64,000 bases of DNA from a virus: positions 1 through 64,000 of the IMG/VR virus record IMGVR_UViG_3300017917_003446; one strand, 5' to 3'. Each line of letters begins with the position of its first letter. Positions within the stretch are counted from its first letter, which is position 1. This document shows positions 59,110-64,000 of this stretch, piece after piece. The notes under the pieces are model-generated. The model was not told where the DNA came from. It was given only the letters and a program-made list of their open reading frames with translations, and searched no databases. The position numbers and the translations under genes are program-made.

Positions 59110-60795
59110 ATGGCATTTCAGCTTTCACCAGGCGTGCTAGTAACTGAAAAGGACCTTACATCGATCGTCCCAACAGTTTCTACTACTGCTGGCGCATTCG
59201 CTGGCGCCTTTCAATGGGGTCCTGTAGACGAGGTTACATCTATTGATTCTGAAAATAGATTGGTGGAAGTATTTGGAAAGCCAAATGATACCACATTTCA
59301 ATCATTCTTTACAGCAGCAAATTTTTTATCTTATGGTAACAACCTACAAGTTATCCGTGTTGTAAACAAGGCAACAGCTAAAAACGCTATATCAAATACA
59401 TTAGGCGCAGCGCAATTAATTACCAATGAAGATAGTTACGTCGCTACTTATGCTTCAGGTAATGTTTCTTTGGGTGTTGCTATAGCAAAATATCCCGGTA
59501 CACTTGGAAATTCTTTAAAAATATCTGTTGCAGACGGCGCAACTTATTCTGGCTGGAATTATGCTACAAATTTTGATTCTGCTCCTAGTACATCCACTTT
59601 TGTCTCGGCAGCAGGTGGTAGACATGACGAAGTACATGTTATAGTTATAGATGAAGATGGGGTTTGGACCGGCACAGCTGGAACTGTTCTCGAAAAATTC
59701 CCTAACGTATCTAAAGCATCAGATGCTAAGAAATTTGATGGATCTACTAATTATTACAAGAATGTTTTAAATAATAGTTCTAAATACGTATGGTGGGGTT
59801 CACATCCAACTGATCTTACTAGTAATAACTGGGGGTCAGCATCCACAACGACATTTGGTAATTTAAATGCAAATGTTCAAGTTTCGCTTGCTAGTGGCGT
59901 ATCCGCTGATTCCTTAACAGATGGTAATTTAATGTCTGCCTATGCGGAATTTGCTAATGACGAATTGTATGATGTAAGTTTAGTTCCATTAGGTAATGTA
60001 AGCACCACTGTAGCAACTTATGTAATTAATAATGTTTGCGAAATAAGAAAAGATTGTATAGCTTTTGTTTCTCCTGACCAGTCCCAAGTAGTAGGTATTA
60101 CAAGCAATTCTACACAAACTACAAATATCACAGGATATAGAGATTCCTTACCATCAAGCTCGTATGGAGTAATGGATTCAGGATTTAAGTATCAGTTTGA
60201 TCGTTACAACGATGTTTATCGTTGGGTCCCAGCAAACGGCGATACAGCAGGTACAGTTGTGAGAACAGATTTTACAACAGATCCTTGGTTCTCTCCTGCA
60301 GGCTTCAATAGAGGCCAAATTAAGAATGTTGTTAAATTGGCATACTCACCAAGACAAACAGATAGAGATACTCTGTATAAGAAAGGTGTAAATCCAATTG
60401 TAACATTCCCAGGACAAGGCACAGTATTATTTGGTGATAAAACACTATTATCTAAGCCTAGCGCTTTTGACAGAATCAATGTTCGTAGATTGTTTATTGT
60501 TCTAGAGAAGGCTATAGCAACTGCTGCCAAGTTCCAGTTGTTTGAGTTTAACGACGCCTTCACACGTGCGCAGTTTCGTAATTTAGTTGAACCTTTCCTT
60601 AGAGATGTTCAAGGTCGCAGAGGTATTACAGACTTTAAAGTAGTTTGCGACGAAACTAATAATACAGGTGAGGTGATTGATAGAAACGAATTTGTTGCAG
60701 ACATTTTTATTAAGCCTGCACGTTCTATTAACTTTATTCAACTTAACTTTATTGCGACACGAAGCGGTATTAGTTTTGAAGAAGTTGGCGCATAA
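59110..60795 (+). CDS. gp18: Tail sheath protein
   Basis: SPGV...EKDLT; PWFSPAG.NRG; AFDRINVRRLF; KPARSINFI.LNF.A. Confidence 0.97.
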   Translation: MAFQLSPGVLVTEKDLTSIVPTVSTTAGAFAGAFQWGPVDEVTSIDSENRLVEVFGKPNDTTFQSFFTAANFLSYGNNLQVIRVVNKATAKNAISNTLGAAQLITNEDSYVATYASGNVSLGVAIAKYPGTLGNSLKISVADGATYSGWNYATNFDSAPSTSTFVSAAGGRHDEVHVIVIDEDGVWTGTAGTVLEKFPNVSKASDAKKFDGSTNYYKNVLNNSSKYVWWGSHPTDLTSNNWGSASTTTFGNLNANVQVSLASGVSADSLTDGNLMSAYAEFANDELYDVSLVPLGNVSTTVATYVINNVCEIRKDCIAFVSPDQSQVVGITSNSTQTTNITGYRDSLPSSSYGVMDSGFKYQFDRYNDVYRWVPANGDTAGTVVRTDFTTDPWFSPAGFNRGQIKNVVKLAYSPRQTDRDTLYKKGVNPIVTFPGQGTVLFGDKTLLSKPSAFDRINVRRLFIVLEKAIATAAKFQLFEFNDAFTRAQFRNLVEPFLRDVQGRRGITDFKVVCDETNNTGEVIDRNEFVADIFIKPARSINFIQLNFIATRSGISFEEVGA

Positions 60796-60812
60796 TAAAG
60801 GGAGAAGAATAA

Positions 60813-61376
60813 ATGTCAACAACATTTAATGTTAATCAGTTTAAAGCAGCACTAGTTAATGGTGGTGCTCGCCCTAATCAGTTTGCTGTCCAACTTAGTT
60901 TTCCAACTTATGTTACCGGACAAGCAAATGCTGTTAGACGTGCACCATTTTTAGTTAACATTGCTGAGTTACCAGGTCAGACTGTAAATCCTGCAATTGT
61001 TCTTTACAGAGGCAGAGAGGTAAAATTTGCAGGCGATAGAGTTTTCGCACCTTGGACTATTACTGTTCTAAACGATGCAGACATGTCTATTAGAAATTCA
61101 TGTGAGCAGTGGATGAACGGTATGGATGATCTTGTATCAAAGATCGGAAGATTAAATCCTGCAGAATACCAAAGAGATTTGGATATATTCCAATTAGACA
61201 GAAATGGAAATATACTAAAAAGCTATAAATTAGTTAGTGCGTTTCCAATAGATGTTTCTCCTGTAGGATTAGATTTTGGCGCCAATGATACCATTTCATC
61301 ATTTTCAGTAACATGGCAGTACCAGCATTTTACGACTTCGCAAAATACTGGTTCTTCATTTGCTTTACCATTTTAA
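60813..61376 (+). CDS. gp19: Tail tube protein
   Basis: GGARPN.F.V; RGR..K.AGDR.F..WT.TV.ND; QLDR.G. Confidence 0.95.
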   Translation: MSTTFNVNQFKAALVNGGARPNQFAVQLSFPTYVTGQANAVRRAPFLVNIAELPGQTVNPAIVLYRGREVKFAGDRVFAPWTITVLNDADMSIRNSCEQWMNGMDDLVSKIGRLNPAEYQRDLDIFQLDRNGNILKSYKLVSAFPIDVSPVGLDFGANDTISSFSVTWQYQHFTTSQNTGSSFALPF

Positions 61377-61392
61377 TAGTTGAATTTATAAT

Positions 61393-62913
61393 ATGGCGCT
61401 TTCGTTATTTGGCTACACAATATCTAAAGATGAACCGGCAAATCTGGAGGTAAGGAAGAATACCTTTATACCTCCAGATGACGACGAAGGCGCATCTGCG
61501 GTTGCTGGAGGTGGTTATTTTGGAACATATGTAGATTTAGATGCTACTGCAAAATCTGAATCTGAAGTAATTACTAAATACAGAGAGACGTCTATGTATT
61601 CAGACGTCTCTAATGCTATTGATGAAATAGTTACAGAAGCAATAGCAGGTACTGATACAGATAGATTAGTTGATATAAATTTAGATAATGTTTCTTTATC
61701 CGATAATATTAAATTAAGTATTAGAAATGAATTTTATTCCATACTTAGAATGTTGGAATTTAAATCTAAAGGTCAAGATATCTTTAGACGTTGGTATATA
61801 GATGGTAGAATTTACTATCAGAAAGTAATAGATAACACCAATCCAAGAAAAGGTGTTCTTGAGCTTAGATATATTGATCCAAGAAAAATTAAAAAAGTAA
61901 GAGATATTAAAAAGAAAAGATCTCCTTCTGGTATAGACATTATAGAAAAAATTGAAGAGTTTTACATTTATAATGAAAAAGGATTACGTTATACTCAGCA
62001 ATATGGCAATGTGCCAGGATTAAATCAGGGAATTAAAATATCACCTGATACTATTACATTTGTCCCATCGGGCGTAATGGATTTAGAAAAAAGTATTGTC
62101 TTAAGTTACTTGCATAAGGCGGTAAAGCCTGCCAATCAACTTAAGATGATGGAGGACTCCTTGGTAATTTATAGAATATCAAGAGCCCCTGAACGAAGAA
62201 TATTTTATATTGATGTTGGCAATTTACCCAAGATCAAAGCAGAACAATATTTGAAAGATGTAATGAATAAGTATCGTAATAAAATTGTTTACGATTCTAA
62301 TACAGGTGAGATTAAAGACGATAGAAAATTTATGTCAATGCTCGAAGATTTCTGGCTACCTCGCAGAGAAGGTGGTAGGGGCACAGAAATTACTACATTG
62401 CCAGGTGGCGAAAACTTGGGTCAGATAGATGATATAAATTACTTTAAGAATAAGTTGTATCAATCTTTAAATGTACCCATGTCTAGATTAGAAGCATCTA
62501 CAGGAATGAATTTCGGTAGGGCTGCTGAAATAACTAGAGATGAATTAAAATTTGGTAAGTTTGTAGATAAACTTCGCAAAAAATTTAATGAATTATTTAG
62601 TGATGTAATGCGAACACAACTTATTCTAAAAGGAATTATGACTGATTCTGATTGGAATGAAATTAAAGAGGATATTAATTTCATATATTCTCAGGACAGA
62701 TATTATTCAGAATTAAAGGATGCTGAAAATTTAAGAAATAGAGTAGATGTTCTTAATCAAATGGCACCGTTTATTGGGACGTACTTCAGTCAAGAATATG
62801 TTATGAAGAAAGTTTTAAGATATACCGATGATGAAATGATAGCGGTTAAAGAGCAAATCCAAAATGAGGGACCACCTCCACAACCAATAAATAATGCTGA
62901 GCCACAACAATAG
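61393..62913 (+). CDS. gp20: Portal protein
   Basis: FRRWYIDGR; IYRISRAPERRIFYIDVGNLP; EDFWLPRREGGRGTEITTLPGG. Confidence 0.97.
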   Translation: MALSLFGYTISKDEPANLEVRKNTFIPPDDDEGASAVAGGGYFGTYVDLDATAKSESEVITKYRETSMYSDVSNAIDEIVTEAIAGTDTDRLVDINLDNVSLSDNIKLSIRNEFYSILRMLEFKSKGQDIFRRWYIDGRIYYQKVIDNTNPRKGVLELRYIDPRKIKKVRDIKKKRSPSGIDIIEKIEEFYIYNEKGLRYTQQYGNVPGLNQGIKISPDTITFVPSGVMDLEKSIVLSYLHKAVKPANQLKMMEDSLVIYRISRAPERRIFYIDVGNLPKIKAEQYLKDVMNKYRNKIVYDSNTGEIKDDRKFMSMLEDFWLPRREGGRGTEITTLPGGENLGQIDDINYFKNKLYQSLNVPMSRLEASTGMNFGRAAEITRDELKFGKFVDKLRKKFNELFSDVMRTQLILKGIMTDSDWNEIKEDINFIYSQDRYYSELKDAENLRNRVDVLNQMAPFIGTYFSQEYVMKKVLRYTDDEMIAVKEQIQNEGPPPQPINNAEPQQ

Positions 62914-62921
62914 GAGATATT

Positions 62922-63131
62922 ATGACTGATACTGTAGAAACAGAAATTGAAAATGAAGAAGAAACAACAACAAACGATGTTATTAGAAGTATGGTAGATA
63001 CTATTCTACAAGGCGATGCGGTAAATGCACAAGCAACCTTTGCTTCTTTAATGTCTGGTAAAGTTGCTGATGCCATAGACAATAGACGTTTAGATATATC
63101 ACAATCTTTATATTCGAGAGAAAAAGAATGA
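62922..63131 (+). CDS. Small acidic prohead core protein (gp67-like)
   Basis: Position after the portal; acidic; RBS AGGAGA. Confidence 0.65.
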   Translation: MTDTVETEIENEEETTTNDVIRSMVDTILQGDAVNAQATFASLMSGKVADAIDNRRLDISQSLYSREKE

Positions 63132-63826
63132 AAGACTTTAAGTCCTTTAAAGTAGATATGTTCGAGGCAATGAATCGTAGCCCATATGCTATTGGTATGG
63201 CACAAGCTATGAAGTCAACAGGTGATAAACCGCCCTTAGAAAAATCTACAATAAAGAAAGCTCATAAAATTGCTAAGTCAATTATGAAAAATGAGTCAGT
63301 GGACGATGAAGGAAATATGGCAAGAGGTGAATTAATGCGCATGTCAAAGCAAGCAGCTGATCTTGCTATGATGATGACAGATGAAAAACAATTAGATGGG
63401 TGGGTGCAGGCAAAAATTACTAAAGCTGCAGATTATTTAGATTCTGCACACGATTATCTAATGTTTAGCAAACAAGAAGTAGATGAGAATCAACATTACT
63501 GTGCCAAGCATGTATACTCAGACATATTTGGTGAAGGTATTGTACTTGAAGCTGAACACGCTGAACCTAATGCCGATGGTGAAATTGAATGGTATACAGT
63601 AAAATTTGATCATGGTGACGAAGTGGTATTCACAGAAGACCTTACAATTCTTATGGCAGAATATCATAACAACCATAAGAAAAAGAAAGAGAAAAAAGAA
63701 AATGAGATGAATGAAAAACTTCATCCTAATCAGCAAAAGATAGATGTACATGAACCCGAAAAAGATGAAATCACTGCTGCTGATTTTGCCAAGTTACGTG
63801 CTATAAGAAAAGGTAAAGGAAAGTAA
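63128..63826 (+). CDS. Modular head core/internal protein (putative)
   Basis: Charged modules separated by Glu-rich junctions; lies in the gp67-gp21 interval. Confidence 0.5.
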   Translation: MKDFKSFKVDMFEAMNRSPYAIGMAQAMKSTGDKPPLEKSTIKKAHKIAKSIMKNESVDDEGNMARGELMRMSKQAADLAMMMTDEKQLDGWVQAKITKAADYLDSAHDYLMFSKQEVDENQHYCAKHVYSDIFGEGIVLEAEHAEPNADGEIEWYTVKFDHGDEVVFTEDLTILMAEYHNNHKKKKEKKENEMNEKLHPNQQKIDVHEPEKDEITAADFAKLRAIRKGKGK

Positions 63827-63829
63827 TAA

Positions 63830-64000
63830 ATGGCTGCTACAGTTACCATTCTTAAAAAGGTTAGACAACAAGCTATAGTAAAGGTAATAGGTGATGGTGT
63901 TGCTAACGTAGATATAAAAACCTTGGCATTAGCAGATGAAACTTTTGCTGATTATACAGGTAATGCCAACGTAACAATAAATTCTGTGCTTTGGTCATCA
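63830..64000 (+). CDS. Partial ORF (MAATVTILKKVRQQAIVKV...), cut by the window end
   Basis: Open frame from ATG 63830 to the end of the window. Confidence 0.7.
   Translation, partial: MAATVTILKKVRQQAIVKVIGDGVANVDIKTLALADETFADYTGNANVTINSVLWSS

Noticed and set aside
942-63751. Many 60-175 aa opposite-strand or alternate-frame ORFs in the track (e.g. 4787-5158, 5840-6274, 19285-19710, 30890-31261, 47037-47564)
   Set aside because: Shadow ORFs inside well-supported genes, without recognisable motifs
1-64000. Stop-codon reassignment, introns or inteins
   Set aside because: Core genes (gp17, gp18, gp20, gp32, gp6) are intact in the standard code, and the gp5 and VrlC splits involve frame changes rather than in-frame stops

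Overview
A 64-kb segment of a large, AT-rich T4-like myovirus genome, standard genetic code. The host is Gram-negative, possibly a betaproteobacterium (weak inference from the tmRNA D-loop). In order: the coding piece of an apparently circularly permuted tmRNA, an outer-membrane beta-barrel gene, a cell-wall hydrolase, gp33/gp59/gp32, a leftward tail-hub block (gp4, gp2, gp54-like, gp26, gp51, putative holin, gp29/tape-measure-like), the baseplate block (gp48, 53, 27, split gp5, PAAR, 25, 6, 7, 8, split VrlC-like), two collagen-containing S74 tail fibres with a chaperone and a twin C-type-lectin adhesin, and gp13-gp20 plus head core genes. Main points of interest: (1) about 15 glycosyltransferase, 2OG-Fe(II) oxygenase, sulfotransferase, APS-kinase and methyltransferase-type genes embedded among the fibre genes, with a virion-wide [GAS]-N-x(-S/T) motif bias, suggesting phage-encoded virion modification; (2) an SD-stimulated -1 frameshift joining gp26 to gp51, resembling lambda G/GT tail chaperones; (3) an adhesin with two DGR-like variable regions but no RT or template in the window; (4) the two-piece tmRNA; (5) an antisense sigma70 promoter between gp13 and gp14. 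All protein calls come from motif recognition and synteny, not database searches.
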